Positions 1-10,187 of a stretch of DNA of 64,000 nt are shown here, piece by piece (within the stretch, counting starts at the first letter, position 1; every line of letters starts with the position of its first letter). A program made the translations under genes and the position numbers. Source of the DNA: Anthoceros angustus (taxonomy: Eukaryota > Plantae > Anthocerotophyta); assembly GCA_010909165.1 (NCBI GenBank), contig VJWM01000117.1:682001-746000 (forward strand), read 5' to 3'. The notes under the pieces are model-generated. The model did no database searches. It saw only the letters and a list, made by a program, of their open reading frames with translations, and was not told where the DNA came from.

Positions 1-89
1 TGATGCTAGTGGGCAGAGGATTAGGGCGTCTTCTTGCAGGGCGTAAGAAGTTTTTGTGCGCCTTCTCTTCCAAGAGCGGTGCCTGTGAC

Positions 90-2801
90 ATGGCCACAGT
101 ATGGCAACCTGATGCAATGTGGACCCAGCAAATTGGTGAGTGTTCAGGGATTTTACGAGGAGCTCCTGCTCACCTCATCACCGTAGAGAGTCAACTGTTC
201 GGAGACAACCAAGCCTCCAGGTGCAGCGGTTTAAGGATCCCAGCATTTCCACTTCCCAGGAATTGTGTGGGTTGGGAAGGATTTTGCACCGATGGTCGTC
301 GACAAAAGCAGGAGCAGGAGCTCCTCTGGGAACAACTTTTTCTGGACCCTACCATGTGGTGGGACAACAGGCGAGATAAGAAGAGCTCCCGTTCGCCTGA
401 CTTCCGGCGTAAGGGATCTGGCGGCGAGGTCCTGTGGTTGAACAACATGTTCAAGCCAGCTTGGGTGGATGAGCAGCTCGTTACTTTGGATATGCAGATG
501 GGTCATGGTGCTTCTCCTCTTAAGGCGAGCTCACCGGATAAGCCCGAGGCTGGCAGGCGTGCAGAATTGGAAATGGACGTCGAAATGGCTGCAACAGTGA
601 GCACGTTATGCCAGCAGGGTAAGCTTGCTGAGGCCGTTGGAACCCTGGAATCTCTGGCGCAGACAGACTCCCCTGTTTCTCCGTCTCTGCTTTATACTGT
701 GCTGAAGCTGTGTACAGCTAGAAGAGATTTGGTTGTGGGGAAACGACTTCATGACCTCACTGTCAAACTTGGGTACGAGTCGAATGCATACTTGGGCAAC
801 CATCTCTTGCGCATGTATGCATGTGGAGGTAGGTTACAGGAGGCCATGGATGTGTTCACCAGGGTAGGCAAACCGGATGCCTTTATGTGGGGTTCCATAA
901 TTTCCGCATATGCTAAGCAAGGGAAACCAAAGGAGGCCATACAACTTTACCATGAGATGCGCAGGTCAGGTGTGAAGGCGGATGCTCACGTCTTTGCAGC
1001 TGCCCTTCAAGCGTGTGCGTTTGCTGCCGATTTGGAATCTGGCAGAAGAGTGCACTGTGATCTGTTGCATAGTCGTATTTCTCTTAACTTGTTTGTGGGT
1101 ACCTGCTTGGTGGATATGTACGCAAAATGTGGTCAACTGGACGATGCACGCGGGGTTTTTGACAGCTTGGAAACAAAAAATGTGGTGACATGGACGGCCC
1201 TTATAGATGGGTATGCAAAATGTGGCGAACTGGACGGTGCACGTCAGGTTTTTGACAGCTTGCCCACAAAAAATGTGGTGACATGGAATGCCCTGATTGC
1301 TGGGTATACACAGCAAGGGCTCGGTCAAGAGGCACTTCTTCTGTATGGACAAATGGAGCAGGAGGGCCTGACTTTGGCTGACGATGTCACTTTTGCTTGC
1401 CTTCTGAAGGCCTGCGCAAGCACTGGTGCTTTACTGAGAGGCAGGCAGCTGCACTCACAGATTGTGGAAAGGGGACTGCTAGATAACATACTTGTTGGCA
1501 CCTGCCTGGTGGACATGTATGCAAAATGTGGCAAACTGGATGATGCACGCATGGTTTTTGACAGCTTAGCCAGGAAGGATGTGGTGACATGGAATGCCCT
1601 GATTGCTGGGTATACACAGCAAGGGCTCGGTCAAGAGGCACTTGTTCTGTATGGACAAATGGAGCAGGAGGGCCTGAATTTGGCTGACGATGTCACTTTT
1701 GCTTGCCTTCTGAGGGCCTGTGCAAGCACTGGTGCCTTACAGAGGGGCAGGCAGCTGCACTCACAGATTGTGGAAAGAGGACTGCTAGATAACATACTTG
1801 TTGGCACCTGCCTGGTGGACATGTATGCAAAATGTGGCAAACTGGATGATGCACGCATGGTTTTTGACAGCTTAGCCAGGAAGGATGTTGTGACATGGAC
1901 GGCCCTGATATCTGGGTATGGTGCTTGTGATGAAACTCAGCTCGCACGAGGTTGTTTCCGGGAGATGTTAGTGGCCGGTATTCAGCCCGATGATGCTGCT
2001 TTTACTGCCCTTTTAGCAGCATGCAGTCATGGGGGACTGGTGCATGAGGGTCGTGAGCACTTCGATTCCATGACTAAACAGCATGGCATCAAACCTACTT
2101 TTGAGCATTACAATTGCATGATTGATCTTCTTGGGCGAGCAGGCCATCTGGACGAGGCAGAAAACATGGTATTATTATGTGAGGGCCAAGGTAATATTGT
2201 GGGCCTGACGTCTCTGCTGAATGCCTGCAAAAATCACGGGGATCTAGAGAGGGCGAAGCGATGCTTTGAAAGCCTTGTTAGACTGGACCCTCAGCGGGCA
2301 CCCGCATATGTGCTCATGGCCAATGCTTATGCAGATGCAGGTAGGTGGACCGATGCAGAGAGGATTGAAACACAGAGAATGATAGTAGGAGCTAGCAAGA
2401 AACCTGCAGTGTCCACCATTGAGGTGAAGAATGAAGTACATACGTTTGCGGTGGGAGAAAGAAGAAACGATATTGCGCTAAAGGTAGAGAGCACGAATGC
2501 ACGGCTGAAGCAGGAAGGGGGACATGTACCACAGACAAAGTTGGTGTTGAAGCCACTGTCCGAGAAGGAAAAGGAAGATGAGCTTTGTGGGCATGCTGAG
2601 AAGCTAGCCCTGGCGTTTGGTCTCTTGAACACTCCGAGTGGAACTCCTCTGGTGGTAACAAAAAACCTACGCATGTGCAGTGACTGTCACAGGTCCACAG
2701 AGATCATGTCAAGGCTTGAAAAGAGAGACATCGTTGTAAGGGATGCGTACCGTGTTCATCGATTCGCAGCTGGAGGTTGCAGTTGTAAGGGTCGACCGTG
2801 A
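90..2801 (+). CDS. PLS-class PPR protein with N-terminal PDF(OSB)-like motif and C-terminal DYW:KP (GRP-type) domain; candidate U-to-C editing factor (paralog 1)
   Basis: Intronless ORF. P/L/S repeats (VVTWNALIAGY.., DVTFACLLKAC.., LVDMYAKCG..), E1/E2, then KKPAV..HAEKLALAFGL..NLRMCSDCH..CSCKGRP*. The frame is open back to position 3, but the ATG at 90 (MATVWQPD) is the one conserved across paralogs. Confidence 0.92.
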   Translation: MATVWQPDAMWTQQIGECSGILRGAPAHLITVESQLFGDNQASRCSGLRIPAFPLPRNCVGWEGFCTDGRRQKQEQELLWEQLFLDPTMWWDNRRDKKSSRSPDFRRKGSGGEVLWLNNMFKPAWVDEQLVTLDMQMGHGASPLKASSPDKPEAGRRAELEMDVEMAATVSTLCQQGKLAEAVGTLESLAQTDSPVSPSLLYTVLKLCTARRDLVVGKRLHDLTVKLGYESNAYLGNHLLRMYACGGRLQEAMDVFTRVGKPDAFMWGSIISAYAKQGKPKEAIQLYHEMRRSGVKADAHVFAAALQACAFAADLESGRRVHCDLLHSRISLNLFVGTCLVDMYAKCGQLDDARGVFDSLETKNVVTWTALIDGYAKCGELDGARQVFDSLPTKNVVTWNALIAGYTQQGLGQEALLLYGQMEQEGLTLADDVTFACLLKACASTGALLRGRQLHSQIVERGLLDNILVGTCLVDMYAKCGKLDDARMVFDSLARKDVVTWNALIAGYTQQGLGQEALVLYGQMEQEGLNLADDVTFACLLRACASTGALQRGRQLHSQIVERGLLDNILVGTCLVDMYAKCGKLDDARMVFDSLARKDVVTWTALISGYGACDETQLARGCFREMLVAGIQPDDAAFTALLAACSHGGLVHEGREHFDSMTKQHGIKPTFEHYNCMIDLLGRAGHLDEAENMVLLCEGQGNIVGLTSLLNACKNHGDLERAKRCFESLVRLDPQRAPAYVLMANAYADAGRWTDAERIETQRMIVGASKKPAVSTIEVKNEVHTFAVGERRNDIALKVESTNARLKQEGGHVPQTKLVLKPLSEKEKEDELCGHAEKLALAFGLLNTPSGTPLVVTKNLRMCSDCHRSTEIMSRLEKRDIVVRDAYRVHRFAAGGCSCKGRP

Positions 2802-2958
2802 GAATGAAAACAAACTTGACCGTGAGAATGAAAGCAAACTTGACCGTGAGAATGAAAAAAAAACTTGACCGTGGGAATGAAAAAAAAACTTGACTGTGAG
2901 AATTAAAGAATACTTGACAGTGAGAATGAAAAAAAACTTGAGCATGAGAATGAAGAAA
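2795..2958 (+). repeat. Tandem repeat (~23-25 bp, ~7 copies) spanning the stop codon of paralog 1
   Basis: Unit cttgaccgTGAgaatgaaaaaaaa; the first copy overlaps the Arg-Pro-stop codons. Confidence 0.85.
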
Positions 2959-3383
2959 GGCTTTAGGCCGGAGGAGTAACGCCCCTCACTACACAGCAAT
3001 TAAGGAGGCGACAAGTGTCGGCTTCCTTGTGGACTAGGACTTCATCAATTTACTCCATAAGAGATAGTCAATTCACTCCACAAGAGATAGTCAATTCACT
3101 CCACAAGGAACATGCACAATTTTCAGCACTCCAAGTAACCCTGCCGTCCACTAACAACTAACAGGCCACGTCCTTGAGGTGCTGCTCTTTATTGAGAGAA
3201 TATACACTTGTAAAAATCTATATTTATTGAGAGAATACACACTTGTAGAAAGCCGTAGAATACACACTTGAGTCTGGCGATCTATTGAGAGAATAGACAC
3301 TTGTAGATAGCCATAGAATAGACACTTGAGTCTGGCTATCTACGGCCAACTGGCTACTGCCCTTGAGTCTGGCTAGTGCCCTT

Positions 3384-3586
3384 GACTCAAGGGCAAGCTC
3401 ACAAGCTAAGACTCAAGGGCAAGCTCACGAGCAAAGACTCAAGGGCAAGCTCACAAGCTAAGATTCAAGGGGCTTGTGAGACTCAAGGGCAAGCTCACAA
3501 GCTAAGATTCAAGGGGCTTGTGAGACTCAAGGGCAAGCTCACAAGCTAAGATTCAAGGGGCTTGTGAGACTCAAGGGCAAGCTCAC
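3384..3586. repeat. Minisatellite (gactcaagggcaagctcacaagctaag.. units, three near-identical ~44-bp copies plus shorter ones)
   Basis: Direct inspection; further short tandem repeats flank it at about 3050-3330 and 3720-3790. Confidence 0.8.
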
Positions 3587-4343
3587 TAATGAAGCTCTTT
3601 TTCAACATAAGGCTTGTAGCATACACTTGCTCTCTCATGTCCTCAAAGCATTTGCTCTAGCCCTTAAATATCCTCAACTAGGCAACTATTAACTTAGGGG
3701 ATTCTTACATACCACTAATCACTAAGAGTCTTTTCTAGGCAGCTCACTAAGAGTCTTTTTTAGGCAGCTTTCTAAGAGTCTTTTTTAAGCAGCTCTTTAT
3801 TAGTGGCTGTACCAATTCCTCTCTAATAGAAAATTGCGTGAAGCATGCAACACATGCATTTCTTTATATGGTAGCTATTAATTATTTTTTTATTTTTTTA
3901 TTTTTTTACTACGTTTCTTGAGATAGAAAGGTGAGCACTGCTGCTTGAACGAGCACTACCTGCACAAAGCGCCTTATCCAGAAATGGCTGAGAATAAAGC
4001 CTGTTCATTCAGCGTTTAGCACTCAACGCCAGATATTTTTGATGACGATGTTCTGTGCTGGCAATGTAGACTAGATGAGAAGGAAAGGCAAATGGACTGA
4101 TTTCGCTGTGTAACTGATTTCGTTGGCGGGATGGGGAAAAAGTTTCAAACTCCCACAACGATTTCTAACCTAGGTGCCAAGAGCTTAAGCATGCTTGGAA
4201 CACCTCCAAAGCCGGACATGCCTCGGATTTATTTTTGGTGTTTGGGGAGTGTTGAACACTCTTCTCCACACATTGAACTGGAATTGTCACAAATTGTAAG
4301 TGCGGATTGTGTAGCAAAGTGTTCAAATTACGCTTCGAACCAA

Positions 4344-7300
4344 CTGGCACACGGTAGTCGCTGATTGCTTTTGTGAGGTGTGCAGACCGGTCACCTCAGC
4401 AGGGTAGGGGCAACCTGGCTCTGTCCAGCATCGCTGAAAACCCTCTCGAACAAGTTCTCCAGGAAGAAACTCCTCCACCAGAAACCTCAGCTGATCACTA
4501 CCTCTCCTATGTCCTCAACATGCATCCAGGCTGGGCCGGCAGTGGATGCCTTCCATGCAAACCATCCTCAACTACAACGCTAATTTCTTGCCTCCCTACA
4601 ATCCAGCTTACATCAGGCCCGTCACCTAAGGATGGGATGCGTAGAGCGCCCTTGATGAACAGAGGAACGGCAGTCCAGTCTATGAGCAAGACTTTGATGT
4701 GATTGGCTTTTCGTCGAAAGACATTAACATGACTTGTCCTCTCGAGAGAGAGAGCCATGTCAGTGGATTGTACTGTGGTCTTAATTTCTATGCTAGATAG
4801 GTCCTCCAAATGATGCATTCAAGCAGTTTTCAACCCGATATATCCTCCAGGCTAACCTGATTTTTAGTCCCTGGCCTGCTAATAAAATTTCACAGTCTAC
4901 CTTGACACAGCCTGGGACGATGGTAACGGCAGATCTGGAAGACCCTTTCCTTCCAGTGCAGGTTAGACCCTTTCCGTTCTGAATCACTAAGGGTTGTGAA
5001 GGCCCAGCTTTTGGACAGTATACCTGCAATGCTGCAGAACACACTCCATATGGAGTCAGCTTTAGGCACCCTGACCTAGCCTAGCTCCAGGCCTTCTTGC
5101 CACCTCTTGACTGCTCTGGTAACGCAAGAAATGGTTTACCAGCTAGGTTCTGGCGGCCTTGTGCTTTTGTAGGTTTGTTAGTTCGTTGGCAGTAGTGACC
5201 TATAGTTGAATTTCTCAGGAAGAAGTACCGGTTGTCAATTTTGGGGCTTCAGATATCGGAAGATCCAGGCGGTATCACACTTATACACATCCTTACGTTG
5301 TTTTTCTGGATGGTGGAAGAAAGTGGCGTTGCAACTTAGCAGGTGCTCTACTGAATGAGGGTACTACACTGGCCTTGTTCAGTGGATACATATCTTCCAC
5401 GAGACCCAGAAAGGTCGTACCTACATTCATTTCATTCAGATAGATTTTCTGTATCATGAAAAGAGGTGGATCCGTTTTAGAGACCTACATATGTCTGTTT
5501 CAGTTTTAACAGGGATAGCTTACCCCTCAGAAGCAAGCAATACTCTGTCGCATACACAATTGAGCATTGGGTAGTCCATCATCATTCTCACGGTCGACCT
5601 TTACAACTGCAACAGCCAGCTGCGAATCGATGCACGCGGTACCCATCCCTTACAACAATGTCTCTTTTTTCAAGCCTTGACATGATCTCCGTAGAACTGT
5701 GACAGTCACTGCACATCCGTAAATTCTTTGTTACCACCAAAGGGGCGCCACTCGGAGTGTTCAAGAGACCAAACGCCAGGGCTAGCTTCTCAGCATGCCC
5801 ACAAAGCTCATCTTCCTTTTCCTTCTCGGACAGTGGCTTTAACACCAACTTTGTCTGTGGTACATGTCCCCCTTCCTGCTTCAGCCGCGCATTCGTGCTC
5901 TCTACCTTAAGCGCAATGGAATCTGTCCTATCTCCTACCACAAAAATATGAACCTTCTCCTTCACCTCAATGCCTGCCACTGCAGGTTTCCTGGCACACG
6001 GTAGTCGCTGATTGCTTTTGTGAGGTGTGCAGACCGGTCACCTCAGCAGGGTAGGGGCAACCTGGTTCTGTTCAGCATCGCTGGAAACCCTCTCGAACAA
6101 GTTCTCCAGGAAGAAACTCCTCCACCAGAAACCTCACCTGATCACTACCTCTCCTATGTCCTCAACATGCATCCAGGCTGGGCCGGCAGTGGATGCCTTC
6201 CATGCAAACCATCCTCAACTACAACGCTAATTTCTTGCCTCCCTACAATCCAGCTTACATCAGGCCCGTCACCTAAGGATGGGATGCGTAGAGCGCCCTT
6301 GATGAACAGAGGAACGGCAGTCCAGTCTATGAGCAAGACTTTGATGTGATTGGCTTTTCGTCGAAAGACATTAACATGACTTGTCCTCTCGAGAGAGAGA
6401 GCCATGTCAGTGGATTGTACTGTGGTCTTAATTTCTATGCTAGATAGGTCCTCCAAATGATGCATTCAAGTAGTTTTCAACCCGATATATCCTACAGGCT
6501 AACCTGATTTTTAGTCCCTGGCCTGCTAATAAAATTTCACAGTCTACCTTGACACAGCCTTGGACGATGGTAACGGCAGATCTGGAAGACCCTTTCCTTC
6601 CAGTGCAGGTTAGACCCTTTCCGTTCTGAATCACTAAGGGTTGTGAAGGCCCAGCTTTTGGACAGTATACCTGCAATGCTGCAGAACACACTCCATATGG
6701 AGTCAGCTTTAGGCACCCTGACCTATCCTAGCTCCAGGCCTGCTTGCCACCTCTTGACTGCTCTGGTAACGCAAGAAATGGTTTGCCAGCTAGGTTCTGG
6801 CGGCCTTGTGCTTTTGTAGGTTTGTTAGTTCGTTGGCAGTAGTGACCTATAGTTGAATTTCTCAGGAAGAAGTACCGGTTGTCAATTTTGGGGCTTCAGA
6901 TATCGGAAGATCCAGGCGGTATCACACTTATATACATCCTTACGTTGTTTTTCTGGATGGTGGAAGAAAGTGGCGTTGCAACTTAGCAGGTGCTCTACTG
7001 AATGAGGTACTACACTGGCCTTGTTCAGTGGATACATATCTTCCACGAGACCCAGAAAGGTCGTGTACCTACATTCATTTCATTCAGATAGATTTTCTGT
7101 ATCATGAAAAGAGGTGGATCCGTTTTAGAGACCTACATATGTCTGTTTCAGTTTTAACAGGGATAGCTTACCCTCAGAAGCAAGCAATACTCTGTCGCAT
7201 ACACAATTGAGCATTGGGTAGTCCATCATCATTCTCACGGTCGACCTTTACAGCTGCAACAGCCAGCTGCGAATCGATGCACGCGGTACCCATCCCTTAC

Positions 7301-7637
7301 AACAATGTCTCTTTTTTCAAGCCTTGACATGATCTCCGTAGAACTGTGACAGTCACTGCACATCCGTAAATTCTTTGTTACCACCAAAGGGGTGCCACTC
7401 GGAGTGTTCAAGAGACCAAACGCCAGGGCTAGCTTCTCAGCATGCCCACAAAGCTCATCTTCCTTTTCCTTCTCGGACAGTGGCTTCAACACCAACTTTG
7501 TCTGTGGTACATGTCCCCCTTCCTGCTTCAGCCGCGCATTCGTGCTCTCTACCTTAAGCGCAATGGAATCTGTCCTATCTCCTACCACAAATGTATGAAC
7601 CTTCTCCTTCACCTCAATGCCTGCCACTGCAGGTTTC
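4344..7637. repeat. Head-to-tail tandem duplication, 1647-bp unit (4344-5990 / 5991-7637)
   Basis: Both copies start ctggcacacggtagtcg and end tgcaggtttc. They are near-identical, with scattered substitutions. Confidence 0.93.
5588..5990 (-). pseudogene. Isolated DYW:KP(GRP) domain fragment copied from the 3' end of paralog 2
   Basis: KPAVAGIEVKEKVH..HAEK..CSDCH..CSCKGRP*. It begins exactly at the duplication junction and has no PPR tract upstream. Confidence 0.85.
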
Positions 7638-9943
7638 TTGTTAGCTCCTGCTGTCGTTCGCTGTGTTTCAATCCTTTCGACATCGGTCCACCTACCTGCA
7701 TCTGCATAGGCATTGGCCATGAGCACATATGCAGGCGCTTGCTGAGGGTCCAGTGTCACAAGCCTTTCAAAACACCGTGTCGCCCTATCTATATCGCAGT
7801 GACTTTTTGAGGCAGTCAGCAAAGACGTCCACCCAACAACATTACTGTGGCCCTCACATGATAATAGCATCTTCTCTGCCTCATCTAAATGGCCTGCACG
7901 CCCCAGAAGATCAATCATGCAGTTGTAATGCTCAAGACTAGGTTTGACGCCATGCTGTTCAGCCATGGATTCAAAGTGCTTGCGACCCTCTTGGACCAGT
8001 CCCTCGTGACTACATGCCACTAAAAGGCAAGTAAAAGTGGCATCATCAGGCTGAATACCGGCAACTAACATCTCCTCAAAACAGGCTAGTGCCTTGTAAC
8101 CTTCATCACAAGCACCATACCCAGATATCAGGGACGTCCATGTCACTACATCCTTTGTGGCCAAGCTGTCAAAAACCGCTCGTGCTTCTTTGAGTTCCCC
8201 ACATTTTGCATACATGTCCACCAAGCACGTGCCAACGAGTAGATTATCTAGCAGTCCTTTTGCCCCAATCTGTAAGTGCAACTGTCTGCCCTTCTGTAAG
8301 GCACCGGCGCTTGCACAGGCCTTCAGAAGGAAAGCTAAAGTAACATAATCAGCCACAACCAGGCCCTCCTGCTCCATTTGTCCATACAGAACAAGGGCCT
8401 CGTGACCAAGTCCCTGCTGGGTATACCCAGCAATCAGGGCCGTCCATGTGACCACATCCTTTGTGGCCAAGCTGTCAAAAACTCTGCGAGCATCTTCCAG
8501 TTCGCCACATTTTGCATACATGTCCACCAGGGAGTTGCCAACTAGTTTGGTATCCAGCAGCCCTCTTTCCACAATCTGTGAGTGGAGCTGCCTGCCCTTC
8601 TGTAAGGCACCAGTGCTTGCACAGGCCTGCAGAAGACAAGCAAAAGTAACATAGTCCGCAACAATCTCGCCCTCCTGCTCCATTTTACCATACAGGACAA
8701 GCGCCTCTTGGCCTTGCCCTTGCTGTGTATACCCAGCAATCAGAGCATTCCATGTCACCACACTTTTCGTGGCCAAGCCGTCAAAAATCTGGCGTGCAGT
8801 TTCCAGTTCTCCAGATTTTGCATACCCAGCTATGAGGGCCGTCCATGTCACCACATTCTTTGTGGCCAAGCTGTCAAACACCCTGCGTGCATCTTCCAGT
8901 TTGCCACATTTTGCATACATGTCCACCACGCAGGTGCCAACAAACAAGTCCAGAGGAATGCCACTGTGCAACACATCCCTGTGCAGTTTCCTGCCAGATT
9001 CCAAGTCGGCAGCAAATGCACAAGCTTGAAGGGCAGCTGCAAACACGTGAGCATCCGCCTTCACACCCGACCTTCGCATCTCATGGTACAGTTGTATGGC
9101 CTCATGAGGTTTCCCATGTTTAGCATACGCGGAGATTATGGAAGACCACATGAAGGCATCTGGTTTGCCTACCCTGGTGAACACATCCATGGCCTCCTGT
9201 AGCCTACCTCCACATGCATACATGCGCAAGAGATGATTCCCCAAGTATGCATTCGACTCGTATCCAAGTTTGACGGTGAGATCATGGACTCGTTGCCCCA
9301 CAACCAAATCCTTCTGAGCTGTACACAGTTTGAGAACAGTATAGATCAGAGACGGAGGGACAGGACAGTCTGTCAGCGCCAGAGATTCCAGGGCTCCTAC
9401 AGCCTCAGTGAGCTTCCCGTGCTCACATAACGTGCTCACGGTTACAGCCGTTACAACGCCCATTTCCGGTCGTGTACGCCACCCAGGCTCAGGCTTCTCC
9501 GGAGAGCTGGACTGGGAAGGAGAGGCACCATGACCCATCTGCCTATCCAAACAAATGAGCTGCTCATCCACCCAAGCTGGCTTGAACATGTTGTTTAACC
9601 ACAAGACCCCGTCGCCAGACCCCTTACGCCGGAAGTCAGGCGACCGGGAGCTCTTCTTATCTAGCCTGTTGTCCCACCACATGGCAGGGTCCAGAAAAAA
9701 TTGCTGCCACAAGCGCTCCTGCTCTTGCTCCTGGCAACGACCATCATTGGAAAATCCTTCCCCACCCACAAATTCTCTCGGAAGTGGAAGTGCTGGTTTC
9801 CTTACACTGCTGCACCTGGAAGCGTGATTGATTCCCAGGGGACTCCCTGAGGTGACGAGGTGAGCGGGAGCTCCTCGTAGAATCCCGGTACACTCACCCG
9901 TTTGTTGGATCCACCATGGATCCAGTTGCCATGCGGTGGCCAT
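7235..9943 (-). CDS. PDF-PLS-PPR-DYW:KP(GRP) protein, paralog 2 (902 aa)
   Basis: Intact intronless ORF MATAWQLD..WWDNRLDKK..PDFRRK..PPR array..HAEK..CSDCH..CSCKGRP*. Confidence 0.93.
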   Translation of the reverse strand: MATAWQLDPWWIQQTGECTGILRGAPAHLVTSGSPLGINHASRCSSVRKPALPLPREFVGGEGFSNDGRCQEQEQERLWQQFFLDPAMWWDNRLDKKSSRSPDFRRKGSGDGVLWLNNMFKPAWVDEQLICLDRQMGHGASPSQSSSPEKPEPGWRTRPEMGVVTAVTVSTLCEHGKLTEAVGALESLALTDCPVPPSLIYTVLKLCTAQKDLVVGQRVHDLTVKLGYESNAYLGNHLLRMYACGGRLQEAMDVFTRVGKPDAFMWSSIISAYAKHGKPHEAIQLYHEMRRSGVKADAHVFAAALQACAFAADLESGRKLHRDVLHSGIPLDLFVGTCVVDMYAKCGKLEDARRVFDSLATKNVVTWTALIAGYAKSGELETARQIFDGLATKSVVTWNALIAGYTQQGQGQEALVLYGKMEQEGEIVADYVTFACLLQACASTGALQKGRQLHSQIVERGLLDTKLVGNSLVDMYAKCGELEDARRVFDSLATKDVVTWTALIAGYTQQGLGHEALVLYGQMEQEGLVVADYVTLAFLLKACASAGALQKGRQLHLQIGAKGLLDNLLVGTCLVDMYAKCGELKEARAVFDSLATKDVVTWTSLISGYGACDEGYKALACFEEMLVAGIQPDDATFTCLLVACSHEGLVQEGRKHFESMAEQHGVKPSLEHYNCMIDLLGRAGHLDEAEKMLLSCEGHSNVVGWTSLLTASKSHCDIDRATRCFERLVTLDPQQAPAYVLMANAYADAGRWTDVERIETQRTTAGANKKPAVAGIEVKEKVHTFVVGDRTDSIALKVESTNARLKQEGGHVPQTKLVLKPLSEKEKEDELCGHAEKLALAFGLLNTPSGTPLVVTKNLRMCSDCHSSTEIMSRLEKRDIVVRDGYRVHRFAAGCCSCKGRP

Positions 9944-10001
9944 GTTACAGGCAATGGTTTCGGAACTCCCAACACACTATTCACGCCATGCCAATTTTTT
10001 T

Positions 10002-10187
10002 CAGCCGGACGGATGGTCTTATGCACTAGTTCCGAATGGCTTAGGCCAAAGAGACACATTTATCAGTCGATCGGTACTTAGATGGGTCCCTAAAGCGAGT
10101 GGATGCCTTGGTGCAAGTAGCTTAAGCAGACCATGATACAAGTTGTTAAGTACTAAGTCCCATCACAGGAAAAAATCCGTCCGGCTG
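10002..10187. repeat. Short element bounded by a 13-bp perfect inverted repeat
   Basis: cagccggacggat (10002-10014) and atccgtccggctg (10175-10187); no TSD seen. Confidence 0.55.

Noticed and set aside
3-89. Longer N-terminus of paralog 1 as the definitive start
   Set aside because: The homologous upstream sequence is out of frame or stop-interrupted in other paralogs. Kept only as a possibility.
4373-5044. ORFs of 60-110 aa in the duplicated block (and copies at 6020-6691)
   Set aside because: No recognisable domain; in-frame stops in the most plausible frame; duplicated only because of the 1647-bp repeat.
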